Below are positions 27,268 to 36,841 of a stretch of DNA of 64,000 bases, in pieces. Source of the stretch: Caulobacteraceae bacterium (GTDB taxonomy: Bacteria; Pseudomonadota; Alphaproteobacteria; Caulobacterales; Caulobacteraceae); assembly GCA_965284385.1 (NCBI GenBank), contig OZ260077.1, forward strand, positions 288,329 to 352,328, written 5' to 3'. Position 1 is the stretch's first letter; each line of letters starts with the position of its first letter. The position numbers and the translations under genes are program-made. Under the pieces are notes generated by a model. It saw nothing but the letters and a program-made list of their open reading frames with translations, was not told where the DNA came from and ran no database searches.

Positions 27268-28751
27268 TCGAGCGCATAGGCGAGTTCGCCCGCCGTCTCG
27301 GCGTGCACCGTCAACAATGGCTGGCCCGCTGAGACTTCGGTGCCCAGGCGCACCTGCATCTGGACGCCGGCGGCCTTGCGTTCAGGCGCGCCAGCCAGTT
27401 TGGCGAGCGTAGCGACCTGGCGGTTGTTGATGAGGATGACGCGGCCGGATCGGGTCGCATGGATGGGCGCCCGCTGGGCCGCGACGGGCGGTGTGCGCAT
27501 GCCCCCTTGCGCCTCGCAGATCCGCTCAAATCTTGCCCAGGCGCGACCATCAGCGAGAACAGCCTCGGCCGCTTGGGCGCCCAGACCCGCTTTCGCCACG
27601 CCGGCGAGTTCGAGCGCGGCGCCCGCCAGCAGGCAGGCGCGTTGGCGCAGGTCCTGCGGCGCTTCGGGTCGGTTCTGCAGCACCGCCAGGACATCAAGCG
27701 CTTCCAGCGCCGGGCCGATGCCGACGCCGACCGGCTGCTCCCCGTCGGTCTGAACGCAGAGGGCCTTCAGGTCGAACCGGGCCGCGATCTCGACGAGCCG
27801 TTTCGCCAACTTCGCGGCCGCCTCTCTCGTCCGCACCTTGGCGGTGGAGCCTACGGGAATGTCCAGCACCACATGGGTGGAACCCGCCGCGATCTTCTTG
27901 GACAGAACCGAGGCGATCAGCTGGCCTTCGGTGTCGACGTCGAGGACCCGCTCTACACGGATAAAGATGTCGTCGACCGGGCTGAGCTTCACAGCCCCGC
28001 CCCAGACGACGCAGCCGTTCTCGGCTTCCACCACGCGGCGCATGGCGGGCAGATCGAGATCGACCGGCGCCAGGGTCTCCATGGTGTCGGCCGTGCCGGC
28101 CGGTGAAGTGATGGCCCGCGAGGAGGTCTTGGGCGTGACCAGGCCGCAGGCGGCGAGGATGGCGACGACGATCGGCGTCGTGCGGTTGCCGGGAAGTCCG
28201 CCGATGCAGTGTTTGTCCATGACGATATCCGACGGCCAGCTCAGGCGGTCGCCGACGTCCACCATGGCCCGGGTCAGCGCCCCCGTCTCGGCGTCGTCCA
28301 TCGGCAGCACCGATGTCGCGGTCAGAAAGGCCGCGAGATGGATCGGCGTGTATCGCCCGGCGGCCACGTCCCTGACGACACCCCGGATCGCGGCTTCATC
28401 CAGCCGCGCTCCATAGATCCGGCGGCGAACGCTGGACATGGATTCGATGGCCGGAGCGTGTCGCACGACGACGGGATCGCCCGGCGCCACCGCCAACTGC
28501 CGCCAGGCCTCTTCGGAGAGCGCCGCCTCGTCGAGGCCGAGAACGTCGCCGTCCATCTGGTACAGGGTGGCGTAGACCTCCCGGCCGGCGGCCGAAAGCA
28601 CCACCTGGGAGCGGGACGACAGGCCTTCGGAGCGGCAGACGTGGCAGTCGCGCCGCATCAGCACGATCGACTCGTGCTGGGCGTACAGGCCGAAGCGGCG
28701 CGCTTTGAGGGGCGCCGCCGCATGGGGTGCAGTCTTGACCACTTTGCTCAC
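27225..28751 (-). CDS. Thymidine-phosphorylase family, AMP-phosphorylase-like
   Basis: DKHCIGGLPGNRTT, PKTSSRAITSPAGTADTME, SKKIAAG, plus an N-terminal extension. GTG start overlaps the upstream stop (GTGA). Confidence 0.88.
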   Translation of the reverse strand: MSKVVKTAPHAAAPLKARRFGLYAQHESIVLMRRDCHVCRSEGLSSRSQVVLSAAGREVYATLYQMDGDVLGLDEAALSEEAWRQLAVAPGDPVVVRHAPAIESMSSVRRRIYGARLDEAAIRGVVRDVAAGRYTPIHLAAFLTATSVLPMDDAETGALTRAMVDVGDRLSWPSDIVMDKHCIGGLPGNRTTPIVVAILAACGLVTPKTSSRAITSPAGTADTMETLAPVDLDLPAMRRVVEAENGCVVWGGAVKLSPVDDIFIRVERVLDVDTEGQLIASVLSKKIAAGSTHVVLDIPVGSTAKVRTREAAAKLAKRLVEIAARFDLKALCVQTDGEQPVGVGIGPALEALDVLAVLQNRPEAPQDLRQRACLLAGAALELAGVAKAGLGAQAAEAVLADGRAWARFERICEAQGGMRTPPVAAQRAPIHATRSGRVILINNRQVATLAKLAGAPERKAAGVQMQVRLGTEVSAGQPLLTVHAETAGELAYALDYAAAHGDMIDIEA

Positions 28752-30106
28752 AGCTCGTGCCGCTCCATCATCTGCGGGATGACGCAGTCCCATCCGAGCC
28801 GGTCCTGAATCCGGACCCGCAGGGCGTCCGCCGCATGGGGCTCGCCGTGAACGATGAAGGTCTTGCGCGGCGGTCGCTTGAGGCCGGAAAGCCAGCGCAG
28901 GATTTCCTCGTAGTCGGCGTGGGCCGAGAGCATCGGCAGGTTGGCCACCTCCGCTTTGACCTGAACCCACTGACCGTGGATCTTCACCTCCTTGGCGCCC
29001 TCGACCATCGAACGCCCGCGGGTTCCTGCCGCCTGGAAGCCTGAAAACAGGATGGTGTTGCGCCGGTCCGGGCCGAAGGCCTTGATATGGTGGAGCACCC
29101 GCCCGCCGGTGGCCATGCCGCTGGCCGAAAGGATGACCTTGGGCATGGGGCTGGCGGTGAGTTTCTTGGAGGCGTCCACATCGCGCACATAGGTGGCGAT
29201 GCCGCAGGCGGCGTCGCACACGTCGGCCGGCATGCGGTGGTCCTCCAGGTGCGCGCACAGGAGGTCGGTGGCGTTGATCGCCATGGGGCTGTCCATATAG
29301 ATCGGCGTCAGGCCGATCCGCCCCGCCTGCTTCAGCCGCCAGATGTGGTACAGCAGCGACTGGGCCCGGCCGACGGCGAAGGTGGGAATGACCACGGTCC
29401 CGCCGCGCGCGGTGGTGCGTTCGATGATCTCGCCGAGGGCTTCCGTGGGGTCCTGGGGGTCATGGAGTCGGTCGCCATAGGTCGATTCCACCACCACATA
29501 GTCGGCCTCCGCCACCGGCTCGGGATCGACCATGGTGGCGTCGCCGTAGCGGCCGAGATCACCGGAAAACAGGATGGTCGTCCCGTTCCACGTCACCTCG
29601 GCGGTGGCCGCGCCGAGGATGTGCCCGGCGCGCCGCAGCGTCAGGCTGGCTCCGCCCGGCAGCTGGACCGACGTGTGGAACGGCGTCGGGGCGAACCGCT
29701 CCACCGCGCGTTCGGCGTCGTGCACGCCATAGAGGGGCAAGGCCGGCTTGTGTTTGCCGTAGCCGTAGCGGTTGGCCTGTTCGGCGTCCTTTTCCTGGAT
29801 ATGGCCGCTGTCGCGCAGAATGATCTCCGCGACATCCCGCGTCGCGGCGCTGGCCAGGATGGGCCCGCGAAAACCGTCCTTCACCAGTTTCGGCAGGTAG
29901 CCGGAGTGGTCCAGGTGGGCGTGGGTCAGGACCACCGCGTCGATGCTTGAGGGCTCGATCTGGAGGGGGGCCCAGTTCTGTTCGCGCAGGGTCTTGAGGC
30001 CCTGGAAAAGGCCGCAGTCGATCAGGATGCGGCGGCCATCGGCCTCCAGCAGGTGTTTTGATCCGGTGACGGTGCCGGCGCCGCCGAGGCTGGTGAGACT
30101 GATCAC
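28748..30106 (-). CDS. MBL-fold beta-CASP nuclease (YSH1/RNA-processing type)
   Basis: GGAGTVTGS, DCGLFQG, LTHAHLDHSG, ESTYG, FAVGRAQ, SAHAD. GTG start overlaps the xfp stop. Confidence 0.9.
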   Translation of the reverse strand: MISLTSLGGAGTVTGSKHLLEADGRRILIDCGLFQGLKTLREQNWAPLQIEPSSIDAVVLTHAHLDHSGYLPKLVKDGFRGPILASAATRDVAEIILRDSGHIQEKDAEQANRYGYGKHKPALPLYGVHDAERAVERFAPTPFHTSVQLPGGASLTLRRAGHILGAATAEVTWNGTTILFSGDLGRYGDATMVDPEPVAEADYVVVESTYGDRLHDPQDPTEALGEIIERTTARGGTVVIPTFAVGRAQSLLYHIWRLKQAGRIGLTPIYMDSPMAINATDLLCAHLEDHRMPADVCDAACGIATYVRDVDASKKLTASPMPKVILSASGMATGGRVLHHIKAFGPDRRNTILFSGFQAAGTRGRSMVEGAKEVKIHGQWVQVKAEVANLPMLSAHADYEEILRWLSGLKRPPRKTFIVHGEPHAADALRVRIQDRLGWDCVIPQMMERHEL

Positions 30107-32484
30107 GATGGAGATCCTTCCGGGGGTGAAACTTGCAGGACGCGGGGGTGTGCTTCGCCGCGGACGGCGGCCAGCTCCCCGGGTGTCAGGACATCGGCCG
30201 CGTCGGCGCCGAGGAGGTCCGCACAGGCGACCGCGGCGTGAGCCCAGGTGCAGCGGTTGGCGAACAGCATGCCGGGGGTGTCGAGCGTCCCGCCACGGCT
30301 GAGGTAGCCGAGCGCCCGGGTGCGCTCGGGCCCTCCGTCGAGGCGGCGCAGCAGTCCGAGCATCGGCTCCGGGCGGGTGTGGGTGAGGATCAGACGGGGA
30401 AGGCGTCGGGGAAAGAGCGCTTCCAGCGCCTCGGCCGAGACCACGTGCGCCGCCTCGATCTCGTCCCTCGGGGCCCGGAATCGTCCCGGTTCGAGCAGAG
30501 CCGTGACACAGGCGCGGCGGCCATGATGCGTGAGTCGCGCAGCCGCCGCCAGCGCTTCCCGCGCCTGGTAGGCGCCGACCGCAACGATCTGGATCTCGGC
30601 CCTGTCCAGGTCCCCGGCGATGAGCGCCGCGCCCCGCTCCCAAAGATCCTGGGCCGCGGCCCCGTCGAGCACCTGCGGCAGCGTCCGTTTGGGCGTGATC
30701 AGGCAGGCGACCTCGCCGCGCCGGCCGTAGACCCCGCGGAGCGCGGCGACGGCGCTGTTGGCGTCCAACGGGAACAGCACCCGGGCGGTGTCCGACATCT
30801 CCCCGAGCAGGGCCTCGGCGAGCGTGGGATCCTGGTGCGACTGTTCGTTCTTGCCGTTCTCCCAGGTGTGGGATGTGGCCAGCAGCGGGACGGCGAGCCA
30901 TCCGGGGACCTGGCCGCTCTCGCGCTGATGGCGCGCGAAAATCACCTCCTGGCGCAGGAGACCCAGCATCTTCACCGCAAACGCTTCGTAGCTGACGATG
31001 AGATTGAGCCCGCCCTTGTTGCCGAGCGCGGCGCCGGCCACCGCTTCTTCATTGAGGGCGGTGATCACCGCCCCGTCGATCGCCTCGGGAACGCCGGGTT
31101 CCGGTCGGTTCACCCGGTGGCCAAGCCGGTCGAGCGTACGCCCCATGCCATTGCTGCGAAGCTCGTCGGGATTGCCGAGGCGGACGCGCAGGCCCGGGTT
31201 GGCGTCGACGAATTCCACGAACCAGGCGTCGATCGCCTCCATCGGGGACCTCGCCCTGTCCGACCAGTCCGGAATGGGCCGCTCGGGCGGCGGCGGCGCG
31301 CGCCGCGCGGCCGGATGGCGGCTTTCCAAAGGCCGGCGCTGCAGGTCGTGGGTCGTGAGAACCCCCAGGGCGGCGTCGAGCTCGCTTCCCTGCACGAACA
31401 GCGCCGCCGCCGCGGCGTTGAACGCCGCCCGCGCCCCCTCGTCCGTTCGAGGATCGCCCTCCAGTGGCAGGTTGTGGGCGCGGTTCGTCCCGGCGCCTGG
31501 AAAGCCAAACCCCTTGACCGCCCGCGCGATCACATAGGGCAACGCCGCCGGATAGGCCCGGGCGGGATCCGCTGTGAAGCGCTTCATCCGCTCGTCGGAG
31601 TCGAGAATGGCCCACGCCACGGCGGCTGGATCGTGACCGTCGATCTGGATCGGGTCGAAACCGTTCAGGCGCAGGTGTCGTTCGAGCCAGCCCGCGCCGC
31701 CGTCCTGGGCGATCTCCGTGCGCTCCTCTATGCGCCGCCCGTTGAGGATCATGAGGGGCGTCACCAGGCCGCAGTCTTCCGCCCGCCACCAGCGCGGGGA
31801 CCAGTCGGAGCCACGCTGCTCCTCGAAGGCGCCGTCGCTCAGGAAGGCGACAAGGCTCTCCCCGCGCAGCGGCATGTGGACATATTCGAGCTCGGCGAAG
31901 CCCAGATAGCCGCCCTCCGAGACGGCTCCGGCCGTGTCCGGCCCGGCATGGCTGCCAAGCGGCGCGGCGGGCCGGCCGTCGGCGCCAATGGCGTAGCTGT
32001 AGAAGTCCGAAACGAGCTGGGACAAGCCGGCGTCCGAGCGGCTGTACCGACCCTTTTGCCGGGCAGAGACATCGCCGGTCAGCGCATTGACCGCCTCGAT
32101 CGCAGCGACGCAGTGCCCCTGGCCCATAATCCAGGACCGCGTGACGCCGGACAGGGCGTTCGCCAGCAGATAGCCGACGAAGGCCGGGACCATGTTCAGC
32201 GAGCCGCCGGTATGGCCCTCCGGCAAGTCCTTGAAGGCTTCCGTCGGCAAGGGCGCTCCGGACAGATCCACCCGGCGTGCATAGGTCATGTGCGCCACCA
32301 GCCACATGCCGGCGCTCGCCAGCCGATCGGCGGCGGCCACCAGACGGTAGACCGACTCCTCGTCCGGCCAGACGCCTCGGCGCACGAGACGCTGCGCCAT
32401 GTCCTCGATCCGCGTGACGGTGTCGGCTTGCCGGACCAGAGGCCCATAGCCGGGTTTCCACGTTTCGGCCCAGGTGATCGACAC
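30103..32484 (-). CDS. xfp: Xylulose-5-P/fructose-6-P phosphoketolase
   Basis: GHTGGSLN, MGQGH, FLSDGAFEEQ, ILNG, NPDELRSN, SYEAF, SHTWENGKNEQSHQDP; about 793 aa. Confidence 0.88.
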   Translation of the reverse strand: MSITWAETWKPGYGPLVRQADTVTRIEDMAQRLVRRGVWPDEESVYRLVAAADRLASAGMWLVAHMTYARRVDLSGAPLPTEAFKDLPEGHTGGSLNMVPAFVGYLLANALSGVTRSWIMGQGHCVAAIEAVNALTGDVSARQKGRYSRSDAGLSQLVSDFYSYAIGADGRPAAPLGSHAGPDTAGAVSEGGYLGFAELEYVHMPLRGESLVAFLSDGAFEEQRGSDWSPRWWRAEDCGLVTPLMILNGRRIEERTEIAQDGGAGWLERHLRLNGFDPIQIDGHDPAAVAWAILDSDERMKRFTADPARAYPAALPYVIARAVKGFGFPGAGTNRAHNLPLEGDPRTDEGARAAFNAAAAALFVQGSELDAALGVLTTHDLQRRPLESRHPAARRAPPPPERPIPDWSDRARSPMEAIDAWFVEFVDANPGLRVRLGNPDELRSNGMGRTLDRLGHRVNRPEPGVPEAIDGAVITALNEEAVAGAALGNKGGLNLIVSYEAFAVKMLGLLRQEVIFARHQRESGQVPGWLAVPLLATSHTWENGKNEQSHQDPTLAEALLGEMSDTARVLFPLDANSAVAALRGVYGRRGEVACLITPKRTLPQVLDGAAAQDLWERGAALIAGDLDRAEIQIVAVGAYQAREALAAAARLTHHGRRACVTALLEPGRFRAPRDEIEAAHVVSAEALEALFPRRLPRLILTHTRPEPMLGLLRRLDGGPERTRALGYLSRGGTLDTPGMLFANRCTWAHAAVACADLLGADAADVLTPGELAAVRGEAHPRVLQVSPPEGSPS

Positions 32485-32679
32485 GATAGCGCCTTGCCAC
32501 GAACAGGCGGACGCCGTGCCCGCTCCGGAAATATGACGCCCGCCCCCCGGAACGCTTACATCTCCCGGATAGACGGCCGACAAGATCACCGGATCCAGAC
32601 CTGTGCTCCCCGCCTGTATGGCCGAGCCCGGCCATGAACTCCCGGTTCTCACCGCCCACGCCCGGCGCGGCGCGACAGC

Positions 32680-33129
32680 TTATGCGCGGGGGCCCATGCG
32701 CCCCGCGTCGGCCCAGGACAGCGCAAGGGCCACCACCCACGGCAGGGTGAAGCCCAACAGCAGCCATCTGAAATCGGAGTTGATGGCGAAGTTGGTGACG
32801 GCCATGCCGCCGATCGATACCAGCCCCGAGACGGCCGCGATCATCGTCGCGCCGCGCCGGCCAGACCGGAAAGTCGTCATCGCGACATGGACGGTCAGCA
32901 GACCGGTGGCGAGCATATAGCCCCCGAGCACGCCGAAGACGCGCCGGAGCCACGGGGCCAGCCGGGGCAGGATGTCCTGGATCTGCGCCACGGTGGATCC
33001 CATGTATCTGGCGTCTTCAGGCAGCAGCGCCGGTCGCATGAAGACGAAGTAGAGTCCCAGGCCGATGAGGATCAGTCCCCCCACGGCGAGAGCGCCCGCC
33101 GCGAGAGACCGCAACCTCACCCCGGTCAT
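32680..33129 (-). CDS. Hypothetical membrane protein
   Basis: Four hydrophobic segments; ATGA-type overlap with the upstream gene. Confidence 0.65.
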   Translation of the reverse strand: MTGVRLRSLAAGALAVGGLILIGLGLYFVFMRPALLPEDARYMGSTVAQIQDILPRLAPWLRRVFGVLGGYMLATGLLTVHVAMTTFRSGRRGATMIAAVSGLVSIGGMAVTNFAINSDFRWLLLGFTLPWVVALALSWADAGRMGPRA

Positions 33130-33620
33130 GGAAGCCGTTCGTCCCGGTGATCGGACGGGGCTTGACGGCCACCCAACTCGATCAGATCCGTCTGACCAAA
33201 GGATCGGCTGTAATCCAGAAGTGACACAATGGTCGGGCGCAGGCGAACGACAGCCACCCCCTCGAACACCGCCGCCGGCGCAGGCCGCCCCGGTCTGGGA
33301 AACTTCTTCAGAACCAGTCCGGCCACGTTCAACAGCTCCCCGGGGTCCGTAACCCGCTGCGCCACCGCCGCGAGCGAGATCGCCTGGATGGGTTTCGACG
33401 TCTCATGCTCGGGGGTGACGGTCGCTGACACCCGGGAGTCCCGGGCGATGTTTTCCAGCTTCTGCGAGTGAAAAGTCGTCCCGAAATAGAGGTCGAGGTC
33501 GTCGTTCACGAAACTCACGACCGTCGCCTGCGGCCAGCCGTCTTCACGGACCGTCGCCACGGTCAGGGTGTCTGCCCGGCTGAGAATGGAGAGGATCAAC
33601 TCTCTCTGTTCAAGGTCCAA
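33126..33620 (-). CDS. Pyridoxamine-5'-phosphate-oxidase-like FMN-binding protein
   Basis: LTVATVREDGWPQATVVSF...LYFGT...KLENIARDSRVS; TTG start with GGAGG RBS. Confidence 0.8.
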   Translation of the reverse strand: MDLEQRELILSILSRADTLTVATVREDGWPQATVVSFVNDDLDLYFGTTFHSQKLENIARDSRVSATVTPEHETSKPIQAISLAAVAQRVTDPGELLNVAGLVLKKFPRPGRPAPAAVFEGVAVVRLRPTIVSLLDYSRSFGQTDLIELGGRQAPSDHRDERLP

Positions 33621-33699
33621 CTCAAATCCTCCAGGCGGCAAGCGACGTTGGACGGCGACAGCAGAGTGCGCGGGAGCTCCGCCGTGCCGCCCTCAACAG

Positions 33700-34227
33700 T
33701 CAACCCGGATGGCGCTCAAGCCAGGATTCCAGTGCGGCGATCTCTGGCGTCACCGTATCAACTACGGCCTGGGCCATGCGGCGGGCTTCAGGGTCTGGCG
33801 CATCACTGCCCAGCAGCGCCTGTGACATCGCGATGGCCCCGCGATGGTGGGCGATCATCTTGCGGGCCCACGTGCGCTGTGTGTTCACGTCGGTCGCCAT
33901 CATCATGGCGCGGTGCATGCCCATCTCGGCCTCGGAGAAGACGGTCCGAGGCACGTTCATCCCCGGCGGCATCGCATGATCCTGGCCCATCATGCCACCA
34001 CCGGAGACGGCTTGCGGCATGCCCATGCCCGGCGGCATCGCGTGACCCTGGTTCATCATGCCGCTGCTCGAGGCTGGCTGTGGCATGTTCATGCTGGCCA
34101 TCGGCCGATCCGGCATCGCCATATCGGCGTCTGACGCGGTGGCGGCGCACCCGGCGGCGGCGAGCAAGGACAGAGTCGACAACGCAATGGCCGTCCGCCT
34201 GACGGGCCGTTCGGAGAAGTTAAACAT
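33700..34227 (-). CDS. DUF305 (CopM-like) Met-rich periplasmic or lipoprotein
   Basis: Signal/lipobox LLAAAGC, Met/His-rich repeats, MIAHHRGAIAMS...MAQ..I..Q/V..EI motif. Confidence 0.75.
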   Translation of the reverse strand: MFNFSERPVRRTAIALSTLSLLAAAGCAATASDADMAMPDRPMASMNMPQPASSSGMMNQGHAMPPGMGMPQAVSGGGMMGQDHAMPPGMNVPRTVFSEAEMGMHRAMMMATDVNTQRTWARKMIAHHRGAIAMSQALLGSDAPDPEARRMAQAVVDTVTPEIAALESWLERHPG

Positions 34228-34291
34228 GGGGGTGGATCCTTTGGATCTAGTCACCAGCCAACCGGACGTGACGTCCAGACCGCGGCGACTG

Positions 34292-35587
34292 TCATTTCAA
34301 CGAACGCCGTCGCCGTTGGTTCAGTTCGCCAGGCGAGGCGCAGCCGGGTCGGCGCCGGCCGAGCATCCGGGGCAAGCCGAGGCTGAGCACCACGCCGAAA
34401 ACGGTCACCGCGGCCATGACGAGGAACGACGCATCGGGCAACCAGGCGACGTCGTACAACAACCCTCCCGCCGCCGAACCGACGGCCGCCCCCAGGCTTG
34501 CAGCGGCTGTCTGCTTGCCGAGTTGCGCCCCTTGAGCCTCGCCGGCCTTGCTGGAGGTCCAGTAGGTCAGGATCGGCGCCAGAATGCCGGCGCTGGCCGC
34601 CACCGCGCCGATCACCGCGAGCATCAGGTTGAAATCGGTGGCGCGCGGCAGCAGAAACAATCCGATCCCCAGGACAGCCAGCGCCGGCGCGATCAGCCAG
34701 CGGGTCGTCGAGGGTTTGACCCAGGGGGAAAACACAAGGGCCTGCACCACGAGCATGACCAGGCTGCACTCCGTGAACATCAGTGCGATCTGGGTGGGGG
34801 TCATGCCCAGTTCCTGTTTCCCGCGCAGCGCCAGCCCGACCTCGAACACCCCTACTCCGGCCGCGACGATGAACCCCAGGATCAGCAGATTGGGGATCAG
34901 CCAGCGGCTTGTCGGCGACACCGTGGCGTCAAGCGTGGCGAGCCGACCCTGGCTCCGGGTTCGCGGCAGGGCGAAGACGGCAGCGCCGGCGATGGCAAAC
35001 GCCAGAACGGCCGTCGCGGCCAGCGGAAACGTCAATGACGCCATCGGATCGGCGGTCGCGACCATGTCGGCGCCGGCGCGAGCGATGAAGACGCCCAGCA
35101 TGGGTCCCAGTAGAAATCCCGAAATCCCCGCCAGGCTGACGAAGGTCAGGCGGCGCGCCCGCGCCTCTTCGGTCGCCGCCAGATCTCCGACGGCGGCCAG
35201 CGCCACCGGCGTGACAGCTGCGGCGAACAGGCCGCTAAGGACACGCTCCGCGTAGACGGCGACGAGGCTCTCGACGAAGGCGAAGACCAGCATGGTGGCG
35301 CCGAAGCCGATCAGGCCGATCAGCAGGACGACACGGCGCCCATACCTGTCGGACAGGCGTCCCCACATGGGCGCGAAGAGAAACAGCGACAGCATGTAAA
35401 GGCCGGTCAGCAAGCCTGTCGCCCGGGAGATCTGTCCTGCCTCAGCCCCCCCGCCAAGCAGCCGTTCAATCAGGAAGGGCAGCAGGGGCAGGACGACTCC
35501 GAAGCCCATCGACACCGTGAAGGCCGACGCCATAAGCACGGCCATGGTTACGGGAGAAATGTTCGAGGATTCGGCCCTCTCGTTCAT
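34292..35587 (-). CDS. MFS transporter (TetA/DHA1-like)
   Basis: Motif A WGRLSDRYGRR; about 12 transmembrane segments. Confidence 0.88.
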   Translation of the reverse strand: MNERAESSNISPVTMAVLMASAFTVSMGFGVVLPLLPFLIERLLGGGAEAGQISRATGLLTGLYMLSLFLFAPMWGRLSDRYGRRVVLLIGLIGFGATMLVFAFVESLVAVYAERVLSGLFAAAVTPVALAAVGDLAATEEARARRLTFVSLAGISGFLLGPMLGVFIARAGADMVATADPMASLTFPLAATAVLAFAIAGAAVFALPRTRSQGRLATLDATVSPTSRWLIPNLLILGFIVAAGVGVFEVGLALRGKQELGMTPTQIALMFTECSLVMLVVQALVFSPWVKPSTTRWLIAPALAVLGIGLFLLPRATDFNLMLAVIGAVAASAGILAPILTYWTSSKAGEAQGAQLGKQTAAASLGAAVGSAAGGLLYDVAWLPDASFLVMAAVTVFGVVLSLGLPRMLGRRRPGCASPGELNQRRRRSLK

Positions 35588-36747
35588 GACGCCGCTGTCC
35601 GGTGGGTTTGGTCCAGCCAGTTGACGATCGTCTTCAAGGCCAGACCGTAGTTGCCGACCTGGCAGTGATTTCCAGCGCTCTCGTTGGGCGTGAACAGCCG
35701 TGCCGTGAGGGAGCGGGCGTTCGGGAGCGTTCTGATCTGGTTATGCCACTGGGAGATCGGCACATAGTGATCGTCGCTCCCGGCCATCAGGAGGACGTCC
35801 TGCGTGACCAATGCGGACACATCCGCCGTCCGGTATTGCCTGGCCGTCTGAAGGAAGTCGAACGCCGAGGCTGTACCGGTCACGTGCATGCCATGCCGGA
35901 TGCCCCAGTCCACGACAGGACTTTTCGCGCGCACCCTGGCGGCCATTGCGTTCACCAGACCGGCAGCTCCGAGCGTCAGCAGCCCCTTCAACACGCCGCG
36001 GCGCAGCGGTTGGATCAGGCGCAAATTGCTTTCGAGGAAATCCGGGAAAACATCGTAAGCGACCACCCGTTCGATCCGCGGCTCAAAGGCGGCGGCGCGG
36101 ATCGCGAGGCAGCCGCCCAATGACAGTCCGACCAGTGCGGCCCGCTCAATCTCGAAGTAGTCGAGCACCGCGCCCACGGGCGTGTGCCACGCCGGGGTCA
36201 TCGGCAGGCCTGACTCGTGGAGCGCGCCGCCCTGGCCGGGTCCCTCGAAAGCGATGACGTCGTAGCCGGCGTCGCGAAAGTATATGAATGCCGGGGTCAG
36301 CTCCTCGATCGAGCTGTCGAAGCCACCGAAGAAGACGATCGTCGATTTGGGGCGCCGCGGCGTCAATCGATACGCCGGCAGAAACCCGCTGAGACGACCA
36401 TCGACATGGGGAACGGCGTGACGCTCACCGAGATCGCTCCCATACGCCGACAGCACCGCGCCCATGAACTTCTCCCGTGCACCCTTTCGCTCGGGATCAT
36501 CGGGTCGCATGAAGAATTCCGCCGACCGCCAGTAGTATCCCGCTCTCAGTGCATGGCCCTGGTGGGAAGCGCACTCGGCGAGCGCCACGAACTCCCGCGT
36601 CCAGTCGTCATAGGTCGCGATGCGCGGCGCCACGATCCGCATCTCTTCCAGCATGTCGGGCTCACCCACCCAGCCGAACCACCGGTTCATCTGGAAGTTC
36701 AGGCTCACATCGCTATGGAGACGATAGTAGCCGACGGGAAAGGTCAT
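35584..36747 (-). CDS. Alpha/beta hydrolase (FrsA/UPF0255-like)
   Basis: FGGFDS, FEGPGQG, nucleophile elbow GLSLGG, HCQVGN. Confidence 0.85.
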   Translation of the reverse strand: MTFPVGYYRLHSDVSLNFQMNRWFGWVGEPDMLEEMRIVAPRIATYDDWTREFVALAECASHQGHALRAGYYWRSAEFFMRPDDPERKGAREKFMGAVLSAYGSDLGERHAVPHVDGRLSGFLPAYRLTPRRPKSTIVFFGGFDSSIEELTPAFIYFRDAGYDVIAFEGPGQGGALHESGLPMTPAWHTPVGAVLDYFEIERAALVGLSLGGCLAIRAAAFEPRIERVVAYDVFPDFLESNLRLIQPLRRGVLKGLLTLGAAGLVNAMAARVRAKSPVVDWGIRHGMHVTGTASAFDFLQTARQYRTADVSALVTQDVLLMAGSDDHYVPISQWHNQIRTLPNARSLTARLFTPNESAGNHCQVGNYGLALKTIVNWLDQTHRTAAS

Positions 36748-36841
36748 GGACGGCCTCGATGAACGCGGTCGGTCCATCGCGCTACCCCACGAAGACAGGG
36801 CGACAACCGGACCTCCGTGCCGCGAAGGGCGGTGCGTTGTT

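Noticed and set aside
27225-30901. Apparent N-terminal extensions or fusions of the phosphorylase and beta-CASP ORFs (likewise cusA 49230-53198 and cusB 52376-54127)
   Set aside because: The extensions are alternate frames of the upstream genes. True starts with RBS and stop/start overlaps give normal family lengths.
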